This document shows positions 38,570-51,720 of a stretch of DNA of 64,000 nucleotides, in pieces. Numbering within the stretch: position 1 is the first letter of the stretch; every line of letters begins with the position of its first letter. Under the pieces are notes generated by a model that was not told the origin of the DNA, made no database searches, and saw only the letters and a list, made by a program, of their open reading frames with translations. The stretch is from contig NC_057718.1 of the NCBI RefSeq assembly GCF_004010195.1, positions 36,579,809 through 36,643,808 of the forward strand, read 5' to 3'. The DNA is from Chiloscyllium plagiosum (Eukaryota). The position numbers and the translations under genes are program-made.

Positions 38570-39145
38570 ACTGGAACACCTTTCCTGCATCTACCCTATG
38601 TCGCCCTGTTAGAATTTTAAGTTTCTATGAGATCTCCCCTCTCATTCTTCTAAATTCCAGTAAATATAATCCTAACTGATTCAACTTCTCCTCATGTCAG
38701 TCTTGCCATCTCAACAAACAGAGTCTGAGAAATCTTTGCTGCACTCCCCGCATAGCATGCACATCTTTCCTCTGCGCACAGCATCCCAGGTGTGGTCTCA
38801 GGTCCTATATAATTGCAGCAAGACATCCCTGCTCCTGACTCTCATCGTCTCACTGTGAAGGTCAACATAGCATTTGCCATCTTCACCACCTGTGCATGCG
38901 CATGCTTATCTTCAGTGCCTGGTGTACAAGAGCACCAAAGTCTCATTTTGCATTCCCCTCTCTCAATTTAGAGTCATTCGGATAATAATCTGCCTTCCGG
39001 TTTTGTTCCCAAAGTGGATAACTTCACGTTTATCCACATTATATTACATCTGCCATGCGTTTGCCTACTCATTCAACATGTCTAAATCACAGAAAAATCC
39101 TTGCTTCCTCCACACTCTCCAACCCAGCTGCGTCATCTGCAAATT
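38570..39145 (-). mobile_element. Decayed CR1 fragment
   Basis: gtcatctgcaaa (FADD) and CR1 C-terminal motifs on the minus strand. Confidence 0.65.
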
Positions 39146-39308
39146 GTTTAACAAACTAATTTCCTGTTGTTAAAGAACATCTGCAGCCTAATTCAAATAT
39201 GTTTCAGTGATTAACCACCATGTTAACCAACTACAAAAATTAAACATGTAATCTGTTACCTAGGTTTCATTCTGGCTTGTCTAGTATTATCATCTGTGAT
39301 GACACTAT

Positions 39309-40184
39309 TGTTATGAACCAGACCAGATACCCTCAAAACATATTGCGAAGGTAGTCTAGACCCTAACATTTTCTTACTTTGAAGGTAAATGTCAGGTGCT
39401 GTGTTCCAGATGTAATTTGATTCGTCAAACTACTCGATATTAAACCAAAACACAATTTATTCAAACACTATAGTAAAATACGAAAAGAAAAAACTTGGAA
39501 TAACAACTCTATTGGAATACCTAACAGGATAATACATACAGTAACTATTATTAATTAGCTGTTCCAATATAGTAACATCCCACAAGCACATCCTTGGCAA
39601 AAAGCAACTTCAGAAAACAGACTTGCCTCCATGCAATCCAGCAGCCTCGGGAAAGAACTGCTAGCTTTGGCTGCAATGGAGAGGGGACAAATAGCTTCCA
39701 TTTCAAGATACCAACAGCAACTGCTGTTGAAAATATCCTGGTTGTGCGAGAGCTCAACCCCACCCATTCAGGCAGCTTCAATTGCTCAACTTTTAAAAAA
39801 ATACCAAGGCCTCACAAGCTGTTACCTCTACTGGTTTTCGTAGACTGCTCGTACCTCTGTCTTAAAACCTCTCTTCAAACAAAAAGGACAAAATAACTTC
39901 TTAAAGCCACTGTATCGACACACAATGGCTATCAGAGGTATATTTTGTCCTGAATTTTTTGTGAACAGCTTGTGAGACATGGGTTTTAGTTTTTTTTTAA
40001 AAAGTTGGAACCACAGAAGCAGCATGAAGGTGTGGGATTAAGCTCCTAAATAACCAGGATTTTAGTTTTTAAAAAATATATAATTTTATTGAAAAGAGAT
40101 TTTTGGATATTACAACAAATACAAAACAAAATTCAAACCAATACAAAAACCCACTGATTACATAAATAAATAACAAAAAATGAC

Positions 40185-40222
<38 letters not shown>

Positions 40223-40809
40223 AGTTCAACGAAGCAAAGTAATAGCTCTCGACCATCGAGAGCATAAATTAATTCACATTCATTAAACCAGATTCATTAA
40301 ACAGAATCGTTATGGCTATATAAAGGCTCTTATTAGTACGGCAGACAAATCTGTACCTAGGTAGCAGGATTTTAGTTTAACTTTCAGCAGTTGGAAGGGT
40401 TTGGAAGCTGCGACACATCTCTCCCTGCTACAACAAAACTCAAGTTCTCCCTCACTCTCCATTTTCGCTATGTTCTTTCCTCCTGGACTTGAGAAACGTT
40501 ACATATGAAGCCATCTATTTTACTGAATTTGCCTCTGCCATGGATGTGTTTATGGATGTTACTATGGTGGAACGGTTACATATTTAAATTTTGTTGCGAA
40601 GTATTTTGATAGAGCTGAAGTTAAACTTTTTATTCTTATTTTGTCTGTATTTTAACAACAGTGTAAGAATAAAGTCAGTATTGCCTCAAGCTGGATATTT
40701 TCACTAATTGAGTTCCATGCAGAACACAATGCCTTCAGAAATAAGAAAATGTTGGGGTCTAGGCTATTTTCTTAATATATTTTGAGGAAGTGTGGTCTAA
40801 TTCGTAACA
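39309..40809. mobile_element. LTR-like element made of two diverged inverted halves (TGTTA...TAACA ends)
   Basis: The terminal 68 bp or so are imperfect inverted repeats, and patchy similarity continues for several hundred bp inward. Confidence 0.6.
40069..40364 (-). mobile_element. 5'-truncated poly(A)-type retroelement 3' UTR (L1/Tx1-like) with an (AAT)n microsatellite
   Basis: 14-bp TSD caggattttagttt; AATAAA and an A-rich end on the minus strand. Confidence 0.65.
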
Positions 40810-41039
40810 CATCAGCTTGGATCACAGTGATGTTTTGTGCTAATGAATAGCCATGGATTGCAAACATAAAAAATAGGAACCTGCCACCAGACGTTGTACA
40901 TCCAACTCACTACTGCAATATTGCTGGCTTAATTTCTACACCTCAACCTCTGCCTGGAAACTGAGATTTCAGTATCTGATTAATTAAGCCCCCCTGCTGA
41001 GCACATTTTCCCATCTTACAGGCCCCATTAAATTCCACC

Positions 41040-42487
41040 TGAACTTCAGGTTGTAAGTTTGCTCGTGAGCTGGAAGATTTGTTCAGACGTTGTGTCATCA
41101 TGCTGGGCAACATCATCAGTGAGCCTCCATTGAAGCGTTGGTGTTCTGTCCCACTTTCTATTTGTGCGTCTTGCTCTGTTAAGGTGGGTGATTTCACTTC
41201 CGCTTCTTTTTTTGAGAATTTGGTAAATGGGGTCCAAATGGTCACGTTTGTTGATGGAGTTCCGGTTCGAATGCCAGTCCTCTAGGAATTCCCATGTGTG
41301 TCTTTGTTTTGCCTATCCCAGGATCGATGTATTGTCCTGTGAAACTGGTGTCCCTCATCATCTGTGTATATTAATACTGCTGAGAGTTGGTGTTATAAAG
41401 TTGAAGATGTGTACTGTACCTTTAAGTGAAAACTGAAAACTGGCAAGCACAGGTCATGTCACAGAGTGTGCTGGAAAACTGAAAGGTGTAACATTTTGGC
41501 TATAACCTAGATATCAGTTGTTTTCATAGCAGTTCGAACTTAATCAGTTTAAATTATGCCCCAAGACATTATCAAACCAATGAGACAATTGATGTTTGTA
41601 GTATAAAATGCAAGCATTTTGGACAAATAGCCAGAAAGAGCACGACCTGCCATTGTCAGTTAGATTGCCCGAAAACATTCTCCATTGGAGGTAACTTTCT
41701 CATATGCAACATCCTTGCAACAGAAGACTGAAGACAACCCCGAGGTAATCGGTAAACGAGGAAGAGTGACACCAGAGCCGACAGCCATTGTCTAGTTTTG
41801 AGACAATGAGTTGAGTTGCTGTAAATTTAATAGGGGCTTTATTGGATCAGCATATTGCTACAGAGTGGGAGATAGATAACAAACCTTAAAGAAAAAGAAG
41901 GCTTAGAGTTGTAAATATTTATTGTTTAATGTTCACCTCAGAGTTAAAGAATAAAATCAATATTTTTTTGTTTAAGAGTGGAATTTGAGTAGTTCCGTTA
42001 CCTCATACTCTAATAGATTATGAGGCGAGGTGAGCTTTTCTATGTGCTTGGTTTAATTAGCAGAAGGGTTTATTGCTGTGTCATAACAGCTTGAGGGTTC
42101 GAGTCTGTGATTTGGGCAGGTTTGTTGTAACATTGATCATATCCTTTGGTGGCTAGTTGGTGCTTGTGTTTCCCGGTGGCCAGTTTCCTGCCAGTCTGTC
42201 CAATGTAATGTTGTTGCATCAGACAGACTAGCAGGGATCTAGCCACCAGGATACACGAGCACCAATTAGCCACCAAAAGATTTGACCAACTATCACTAGT
42301 ATCCTTATACACAGACGATGAGGGACACCAGTTCAACTGGGACGGGCTAAAGAAACACCCGCACAGGAATTCCTAGAGGCCTGACATTCAAACCGGAACT
42401 CCATCGTCAAACACGTCGATTTGGATCCCATGAACCAACCTCTCAAAAAAGAACCGGAAGTGATATCACCTAGCACAACAGACCGAG
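41040..42487. mobile_element. Fold-back Penelope (Poseidon-like) element, split by an LTR and a CR1; it resumes at 45628-45755
   Basis: HYIGQTGRKLAT..H.HQLATK GIY-YIG motif in both orientations around about 42215. Confidence 0.8.
41391..42132 (+). mobile_element. Solo LTR (Gypsy-like)
   Basis: TGTTA...TAACA ends, 4-bp flanks ttgg/ttga, TATA-like gtataaaa and AATAAA; cleanly interrupts the Penelope sequence. Confidence 0.7.
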
Positions 42488-45400
42488 CAGGGAAATTTGC
42501 TAGAACTGCTTGGGAGGATTTAAACTAGTAAGGTGGGGGGGGGGTGGGACCCAGGGAGATAGTGAGGAAAGAGATCGATCTGAGACGGGTACAGCTGAGA
42601 ACAGGAGTGAGTCAAACAGTCAGGGACAAGGTAGGACTAATAAATTAAACTGCATTTATTTCAATGAAAGGGGCCTAACAGGGAAGGCAGATGACCTCAG
42701 GGCATGGTTAGGAACATGGAACTGGGATATAATAGCAATTACACAAACATGGCTCAGGGATGGGCAGGACTGGCAGCTTAATGTTCCAGGATACAAAATG
42801 CGACAGAAAGGATAGAAAGGGAGGCAAGAGAGGAGGGGGAAATGGCATTTTTGATAAGGGATAGCATAACAGCTGTGCTCATGGAGGATATTCCCGGAAA
42901 TATATCCAGGGAAGTTATTTGGGTAGAACTGACAAATAAGAAAGGATGATCACATTATTGGGATTGTATTATAGACCACCAAATAGTCAGAGGGAAATTG
43001 AGAAACAAACTTGTAAGGAGATCTCAGCTATCTGTAAGAATAATAGGGTAGTTACGGTTGGGAATTTTAACTTTCCAAACATCGACTGAGACTGCCATAG
43101 TGTTGAAGGTTTAGATGGAGAGGAATTTCTTAAGGGTATACAAGAAAATTTTCTGATTCAGTATGTACTTGTACCTACTAGAGAAGGTGCAAAACTTGAC
43201 CTATTCTTGGGAAATAAGGCAGGGCAGGTGACTGAGGTGTCAATGGGGGAGCACTTTGGGGCCAGCGACCAAATTCTATTCGTTTTAAAATCGTGATGGA
43301 AAAGGATAGACCAGATCTAAAAGTAGCACTGCTGCCTCACAGCGCCTGAGACCCGGGTTCAATTCCCGCCTCAGGCGACTGACTGTGTGGAGTTTGCACG
43401 TTCTCCCCGTGTCTGCGTGGGTTTCCTCCGGGTGCTCCGGTTTCCTCCCACAGTCCAAAAGATGTGCAGGGTCAGGTGAATTGGCCATGCTAAATTGCCC
43501 GTAGTGTTAGGTAAGGGGTAAATGTAGGGGTATGGGTGGGTTTCGCTTCGGCGGGTCGGTGTGGACTTGTTGGGCCGAAGGGCCTGTTTCCACACTGTAA
43601 TGTAATCTAAATCTAAATCTAAATTGGAGAAAGGCTAATTTTGATCATATTAGGCAAGAACTTTTGAAAGCTGATTGGAGGCATATGTTCACAGGTAAAG
43701 GGACGGCTGGAAAATGGGAAGCCTTCAGAAATGAGATAACAAGAATCCAGAGAAAGTACATTCCTGTCAGGGTGAAAGGGAAGGCTGGTAGATGCAGAGA
43801 ATGTTGGATGACTAAAGAAATTGAGGGTTTGGTTAAGAAAAAGAAGGAAGCACATGTCAGGTATAGACAAGACAGATCGAGTGAATCCTTAGAAGAGTAT
43901 AAAGGAAGTAGGAGTATACTTAAGAGGGAAATCAGGAGGGCAAAACGGGGACATGAGATAGCTTTGGCAAATGGAATTAAGGAGAATCCAAAGGGCTTTT
44001 ACAAATATATTAAGGACAAAAGGGTAACGAGGGAGAGAATAGGGCCCCTCAAAGATCAGCAAGGTGGCCCTTCTGTGGAGCCACAGAAAATGGGGGAGAT
44101 ACTAAATGAATATTTTGCATCAGTATTTATTGTGGAAAAGGATATGGAAGAGATAGACAATAGGGAAATAGATGGTGACATCTTGCAAAATGTCCAGATT
44201 ACAGAGGAGGAAGTGCTGGAGGTCTTCAAACAGTTAAAGGTGGATAAATCCCCAGGAACTGATCAGGTGTACCCGAGAACTCTGTGGAAAGCTAGAGAAG
44301 TGATTGCTGGGCCTCTTGCTGAGATACTTGTATCATCGATAGTCACCGGTGAGGTGCCGGAAGACTGGACATTGGTAAAGTGGTGCCACTGTTTAAGGGG
44401 GGCGATAAAGACAAGCCAGGGAACTATAGACCGGTGAGCCTGACCTCAGTGGTGGGCAGGGAGGGAGTCCTGAGGGACAGGACATACATGTATTTGGAAA
44501 GGCAAGGACTGATTCAGGATAGTTAACATGGCTTTGTTCGTGGGAAATCATGTCTCACAAACTTGATTGAGTTTTTTTGAAGAAGTAACCAAGAAGATTG
44601 ATGAGGGCAGAGCAGTAGATGTGATCTATATGTGATCCATCAGTAAGGCATTCGACAAGGTTCCCCGTGGGAGACTGATTAGCAAGGTTAGATCTCACTG
44701 AATACAGGGAGAACTAGCCATTTGGATACAGAACTGGTTCAAAGGTAGAAGACAGAGGGTGGTGGTGGAGGGTTGTTTTTCAGATTGGAGGCCTGTGACC
44801 AGTGGAGTGCCACAAGGATCGGTGCTGGGCCCTCTACATTTTGTCATTTACATAAATGATTTGGTTGCGAGCAGAAGAGGTACAGTTAGTAAATTTGCAG
44901 ATGACACCAAAATTGGACGTGTAGTGGACAGCGAAGAGGGTCCTTGAAGGTGGAGTTGCAGGTAGATAGGATAATGAAGGCAGCGTTTGGTATACTTTCC
45001 TCTATTGGTCAGAGTTCTGAGTACAGGAGATGGGAGGTCATGTTGCTGCTGTAAAGGACTTTGGTTAGGCCACTGTTTGAATATTGCGTGCAATTCTGGT
45101 CTCCTTCCTATCGGAAAGAGATTATGAAACTTGAAAGGGTTCAGAAAAGATTTACAAGGATGTTTCCATGGTTGGAAGATTTGAGCTATAGGGAGAGGCT
45201 GACCAGGCTGGGGCTGTTTTCCCTGGAAGATCGGAGGCTGAGGGGTGACCTTATAGAGGTTTACAAAATTATGAGGGGCATGGATAGGATAAATAGACAA
45301 AGTCTTTTCCCTGGGGTTGAGGAGTCCAGAACTACAGGGCATAGGTTTAGGGTGAGAGGGTAAAGATATAAAAGAGACCTAAGAGGCAACTTTTTCACGC

Positions 45401-45627
45401 AGAGGGTGGTACGTGTATGGAATGAGCTGCTAGAGGATGTGGTGGAGGCTGGTACAATTGCAACATTTAAGAGGCATTTGGATGGTTATATGAATAGGAA
45501 GGGTTTGGAGGGATATGGGCCGGGTGCTCGCAGGTGGGACTAGATTGGGTTGGGATATCTGGTCGGCATGGACGGGTTGGACCGAAGGGTGTGTTTCCAT
45601 GCTGTACATCTCTATGACTCTATGACT
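42488..45627 (+). mobile_element. HER1/CR1 LINE, about 3.1 kb: endonuclease and RT with frameshifts and deletions
   Basis: APE N-terminus (LNCIYFN...DIIAITQTWL), [21 protein letters not shown] and a ctatgact tail. Confidence 0.95.
43323..43623 (+). mobile_element. Young HE1-type SINE nested in the CR1
   Basis: CpG-rich copy with B box ggttcaattcc and (atctaa)n tail. Confidence 0.9.
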
Positions 45628-45874
45628 GAGACACAAATAAAAAGAGGAACAGAACACCAGCACTTCAGCGAAGGTTCACTGATGTTACCTGGCATGATGA
45701 TGAAATAAGCTCAGCTAGCATACCTACAACCTGAGCTACAAATCTTCACAAAAATCACATCCACCAGATGTTTCCTAATGGAAATCCAAGTGTCCTAGAA
45801 GGGGATAAAATGTTAAACTCTACCACAATCAAAATCAGATGGAAAAGTTTGCATACATTTAAACATAATTTTGG

Positions 45875-48283
45875 TCAGAGTCAGAGTCATAGAGCTGTAC
45901 AGCATGGAAGCTCATCCACGCTGACCAGATATCTAAATTAATCTAATCCCATTTGCCAGCATTCGGCCCATATCCTTTTAAACCCTTCCTATTCATATAC
46001 CCATCCAGCTGTCTTTTAAACGTTGTAATTGTTTCAGCCTCCACCACTTCCTCTAGCAACTCATTCCATACACACACATCCCTCTACATGAAAAAGTTGC
46101 ACATCAGGATCCTTTTATATCTTTTCCCTCTCACCCTAAACCTATGCCCTCTAGTTCTGGACTCTCCCACCGCAGGGAAAAGTCTTCGTCTATTTATCCT
46201 ACCCATGACCGTATGATTTTATAAACTGCTGAGGTCACCTCTCAGCCTCTGACACTCCAGAAAAAATAGCCCCCTTCACCACCCCCATAGCTCAAATCCT
46301 GGAACCCTGGCAACATCTTTGTAAATCTTCTCTGATCCTTTTCAAGTTTCACAACATCCTTCAGAATAGGAGGGAGAGTAGAATTGCACAGTGTTCTAAA
46401 AGTGGTTTAACCAATGTCCTGTGCAGCCGCAACATGACCCCCCTCCCCCCCAACTCCTCTACTCAATGCACTGATCAATAAAGGCAAACATACCAAATGT
46501 CTTCTTCACTTTCCTGTTGACTTGCAATTCTACTTTCAAGGAACTATGAACCTGAACTCCAAGGTGTCTCTGTTCAGCAACTCTCCCTGGGACCTTAACA
46601 TTAAATGTTTACATCCTGCCCTGATTTGACTTCCCAAAATGCAGCACCTCACATTTGTCAAAATTAAGCTCTATCTGCTATTCCTCCGTCCACTGGCCCA
46701 TCTGATTGAGGTCCTGTTGCATTCTGAGTTAACCTTCTTTGCTGTCCACTAATTTTGGTGCCATCTGCAAACTTACTAACCATACCTCCTATGTTCACAT
46801 CTAAATCAATTATATAATTGACAAAAAGCAGTGGACCCACCACTGATCCTTGTGGCACACTATTGGTCACAGGCCTCCAGTCTGAAAAGCAATCCTCCCC
46901 AATCACCCTCTGTTGTCTACTGTCAAGCTAGTTCGGTATGCAAACACCTAACCCGCCTTCTACTTCATGTGATCTAACCTTGCTAACCAGTCTACCATGA
47001 GGAACCTTTTTGAACGCCTTACTGAAGTCCATATAGATCATATCCACTGCTCTACCTTCATCCTCCAACAACTTGCCACCACCATGTCAGGCTCACTGGT
47101 CTATAGTTCCCTGGCTTTTCCTTAGCACTTTTCTTAAATAGTGGCACCACATCAACCAACCTCCAATCTTCCGGCATGTCACCTGTGTCTATCAATGAAA
47201 CAAATATTTCAGCATGGGGCCCAGCAATCACTTCCCTAGCTTCCCACAGCCAGGGTGTACCTGCTCAGGCCCCAGGGATTTATCCATCTTTACGCATTTT
47301 AAGGCTCCCAGCACCTCCTCCTCTGTATTATGGACATTTTTTAATATGTCAAAATTTATTTCCCCAAGTTCTCTCCGTATCTTTCTTTACAGTAAACACT
47401 GATGGAAAATACTCAATTAATATCTCCTTCATCTCCCGTGGTTCCATACGTAGGCTGCCTTGCTGATCTTTGAGGAGCCTATTCACTCCCAGTTACTCTT
47501 TTATCCTCAATGAATTTGTAGAATCCTGCTGAAATATTTGTTTCATTGATAGACACAGGTGACATGCCGGAAGATTGGAGGTTGGTTGATGTGGTGCCAC
47601 TATTTAAGAAAGGTGCTAAGGAAAAGCCAGGGAACTATAGACCAGTGAGCCTGACATGGTGGTGGCAAGTTGTTGGAGGATGAAGGTAGAGCAGTGGATA
47701 TGATCTATATGGACTTCAGTAAGGCGTTCAAAAAGTTTCCTCATGGTAGACTGGTTAGCAAGGTTAGATCACATGAAGTAGAAGGCGGGTTAGGTGTTTG
47801 CATACCGAACTAGCTTGACAGATTCTCCTTAACCTTATTCCCCAAAGCTATTTCAGGTTTCAGCCCTTTTTTTGCCCTCCTGATTTCCCTCTAAGTATTT
47901 TTCTACTGCCTTTGTACTTTTCTAGGGATTCAATCGATCCCTGCTGTCAATACCTGACATATGCTTCCTTCTTTTTCTTGACCAAAACCTCAATTCCTCC
48001 AGTCATCCAGCATTCCCTACACCTACCAGCATGCCCGAACCAGAACATACTGTTGTTGAATTCTTGTTATCTCATTTTTGAAGGCTTCTGACTTTCTCGC
48101 CACCTCGTTACCTGCGACTATCTGCCCTCAGTCAACTTTTGAAAGTTCTTACCTAATATCATAAAAATGGACCTTCCTCCAATTTAGAACTTCAACTTTT
48201 AGATCTGGTCTATCCTTTTCCATCATTATTTTGAAACTAATAGAATTATGATCACTGTCCCTGAATAACTCCCCCACTGACAC
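45875..48283 (-). mobile_element. HER1/CR1 LINE, decayed, tail-to-tail with the plus-strand copy
   Basis: [17 protein letters not shown] and FADGTK in ORF 46664..46906; agagtcatag tail at 45880. Confidence 0.92.
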
Positions 48284-48845
48284 TAACATAAAAGGAAACT
48301 TATAAAATTAAACTGCTATATATTTATGATCATATATCATTCCTGTAAGCACAACTAAACATTATCAATGCAAGCCTCTTCTTTCTATCTTTTCAACACC
48401 ATTGTGCAAAAGATTAAAACAGTCTACTTCGTAATTACTAAAATCAATGCTGGTGATTTCTGTCAGATCTTTGAGGTGGACAAGTTTTGGCAAACTTGTG
48501 AGCCGGTGTCAAAAAATGAGAGCAATAAATGAATGTTCCTTGCAAATAAGTTCAGCACAGGAACTCAAAATGCACCCCAATCAATGAAAAGCAACTTACG
48601 TTTTAGTTGACATGGTTAATATTACCTAGCACACATCCTCCACATCATTTCATCAATACGAATGCATCAGTATATCATGCACAGGTTTACTTCAAATTTA
48701 AAACCCATTAATACTGCATATAAAAACTATCTAACGATCTTAATCTTCAACAGTTTGGAGCCCTATACCTTAAACATCAGATTTCTATGAAGGCTTCTCT
48801 TTACAACTCTGTTACATACATCTTAAAAAAAATACAAGTGTCTAC

Positions 48846-48975
48846 CTCTTAGCAGCAGAAGACAGCGTTTCCTTTCTGGCAACAGACAGAGCTGAGCTAT
48901 GCATTGGTTTCCTGGTCATTGGGCTCCCATTTGTTATACAAGACAGGGAATAGGCTTCACGCAATGTTGACTGCC
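48846..48975 (-). CDS. eml4: EML4 exon (human exon 3 equivalent, 130 nt): GQSTLREAYSLSCITNGSPMTRKPMHSSALSVARKETLSSAAKS
   Basis: Matches human GQPSPRAVIPMSCITNGSGANRKPSHTSAVSIAGKETLSSAAKS. Acceptor cttattttatttcag, donor gtagac. Confidence 0.95.
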
Positions 48976-49289
48976 CTGAAATAAAATAAGGCAAGATGAT
49001 AATTTTACAACCTTACAAAACCGCATATAATATTATTTATTCCAAGAGTGACGGCCTTAGTGCCTTTGTTGAAAGACTTTGCACTTGCATGTAGTGAAAA
49101 TTATTGTGATTATGCTAACCGTTACACTGCAAGGTGGCATCCCACAATAATGAAATGAAAACAGAAAATCCCCCAAATTCCCAGCAGGACAGGCAGTATT
49201 TGTGGAGGCAATCTGATGAAAATTCATTGAGTTATTACTTCAACTCTGCTCCCTTTTCTTTAGGCACATCCTGACCTGTTGAGTATGTC

Positions 49290-49980
49290 GGAGAAAGTGA
49301 GGACTGCAGATGCTGGAGATCAGAGCTGAAAAATGTGTTGCTGGAAAAGCGCAGCAGGTCAGGCTGCGTCCCAGGAGCAGGAGAATCGACGTTTCGGGCA
49401 TAAGCCCTTCTTCAGGAATGAGGAGGGTGTGCCAAGCAGGCTAAGATAAAAGGTAAGGAGGAGGGACTTGGGGGAGGGGCGTTGGGAATGCGATAGGTGG
49501 AAGGAGGTTAAGGTGAGAGTGATTGGCCGGAGAGGTCAGGAAGAAGATTGCAGGTCAAGAAGGCAGTGCTGAGTCCGAGGTTTGGGACTAAGATAAGGTG
49601 GCCTGGAGGAAGAGTGCCTCATCTTCCGCCTAGGAATCCCCCAACCACAAGGGATGAATGCAGATTTCTCCAGCTTTCTCATTTCCCCTCCCCCCACCTT
49701 ATCTCAGTCCCAACCCTCGGACTCAGCACCGCCTTCTTGACCTGCAATCTTCTTCCCGACCTCTCCGCCCCCACCCCGGCCTATCACCCTCACCTTAACC
49801 TCCTTCCACCTATCGCATTCCCAACGCCCCTTCCCCAAATCCCTCCTCCCTACCTTTTATCTTAGCCTGCTTGGCACACCCTCCTCATTCCTGAAGAAGG
49901 GCTTATGCCCAAAACGTCGATTCTCCTGCTCCTGGGATGCTGCCTGACCTGCTGCGCTTTTCCAGCAACACATTTTTCAG
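49290..49980. mobile_element. Young fold-back Penelope-like element nested in an older Penelope tail (about 49150-50040)
   Basis: Near-identical inverted arms of about 280 bp; 14-bp TSD ctgttgagtatgtc at 49276-49289 and 49981-49994. Confidence 0.88.
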
Positions 49981-50699
49981 CTGTTGAGTATGTCCAATAC
50001 TTTTGTTATTCCAGAATCTCAGCATTTCAGTTTTATTGCAACAATGATGTAATGTCAAATATTTTAAAGATAGATCTTATGGTACTAGTTGTCTCTACTC
50101 AGACTATCAGGCTAAAACTGAAACCTGCAGAAGATGGTACAATGTCACTGGCTAAGTTCCAGGAGATTTTAAACTGAAATGAAATGGGGCAAGTAGGGTT
50201 AAAATCACTTCAACTATTTCAATTTGTTGTACTGTTTTTCAGAGCTCCTCCACATCACAACAAATCACTATGAAAAAAATAATGACTAAGTAGGAATATT
50301 CTACGGAAGAGTTAAATCATTTGGTGGTTTATCACACATATTTAGCTACATGAAGAAGTCATACAATGCAACAAATATTAAATGTTCTGATTTCAGAATA
50401 TTATGACAGATTTTTAAACTGAAAATGGAACTACTTAGAATGTACTAAAACCAATTATAAAACAGTTATGACTACAATGCACGAGTGTCCAGTAGAACAT
50501 TAGGGATCATGTTTACTTCACAAAAATAAAATAAAATTTTAACACTTTTGCAAGCCCAAGTGCCTAAGGCAATAATATAGTTTGAATTAGATAGGTTTTT
50601 AAATATAAGGATGAGGTGAGATTCAAACAAAGGGAGACTTAAAAATGTAAAGAGAAACATTAGTCACAATAACAGGGTATTGGTTGGCATAACGATGGG

Positions 50700-51720
50700 A
50701 ACAGTAGGCAAGAAGGAAGAGAATTTAATGGCAATAGTTGCACTTGAAGGTAGAGTCCATTTAATAATAGCAATATAAAGATGACATCATTGGATCTGTG
50801 TGTGAAGGCTCAAATGATTTGGAATAAGATAGGTGAACAAGTGCTACAGATAGAGATAAAATGATTGCACTCTCATCATTATTTTGGAGGCAGATTTACA
50901 ATGGACTCAAAGCAAGGAAGTAAACATTTCAGGACATACAACATTTTTTTAAAAAGATACAGTGCGAAAATGAACAGGAATAACCTTAATAGTAAAATAT
51001 AAGGCAAGGATATTGGTGAGAAGGAATCTTGTTTGGTGTATCAAGTAGTATAACCAGTATGTGTAGAGACTGAATATGGCAAGGATCAGAAAAGGCTGGT
51101 GGAATTAGCTTTTGTACCTTCAAGTTCTAGTTATACCACTGGAGAGAGAACTGACCAGGACAATTTGAGAATGTAACAAAAGCAATGTCATAATTACGAG
51201 ATAACGTAATCGTTATCTAGACTGGACCAACCAAATTGAAAGAGATAGTCTTGAATAGGAACTTGTTGAATGCTTACATCAGTTTCCCAGAACTGTAAAT
51301 TGTAGAATAACTAGGGATAAAGTTATTCTGGGTCTAATATTATGCATAAAGATAGCCTGAATTAGTAATCTCATGGTAAAAATGCAATGTGGGTGGGTTG
51401 TTATCGGTGATAAAATTATCCAATGTCTTAGAAATTTGAATAACGTACCACATCAGAGATGGCTATACAAATAATAGTTCACATGGTGTAGTGGCTAACA
51501 TATTAGCATTGATAAGCAAGCAAAAAGGAGGGATAAATAGATCATTTTCAGGCTGGCAAGCTGCAATTAGTGGTGTTCCAAAGGGAATAAATGTTAGAGC
51601 CTCAACTATTAACTAGATTAATGACTAAGATGAGCAGAAAGAATATGGTAGCTAGATTTGAAGATGACACCAAGATAGCTAGGAAAGTAAGTTGTCAGCA
51701 AATAAAGGACTGAATCTTAT
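50700..51720 (+). mobile_element. Old decayed CR1 fragment
   Basis: ttttcaggctggcaagctgcaattagtggtgttcc and tttgaagatgacaccaag (decayed FADDTK). Confidence 0.6.

Noticed and set aside
39260..39293. 34-nt exon-like segment (cag|...|gtaaca) on the minus strand
   Set aside because: Poor pyrimidine tract, immediate stop in the required phase, and frameshifting length.
41046..41125. Hammerhead in the 41040 Penelope arm and at about 45678-45705
   Set aside because: The GAAA box and/or cleavage region is mutated or deleted, so no intact motif.
43664..44437. Longest ORF (257 aa) as a host gene
   Set aside because: It is the CR1 ORF2 linker region, bounded by frameshifts and stops.
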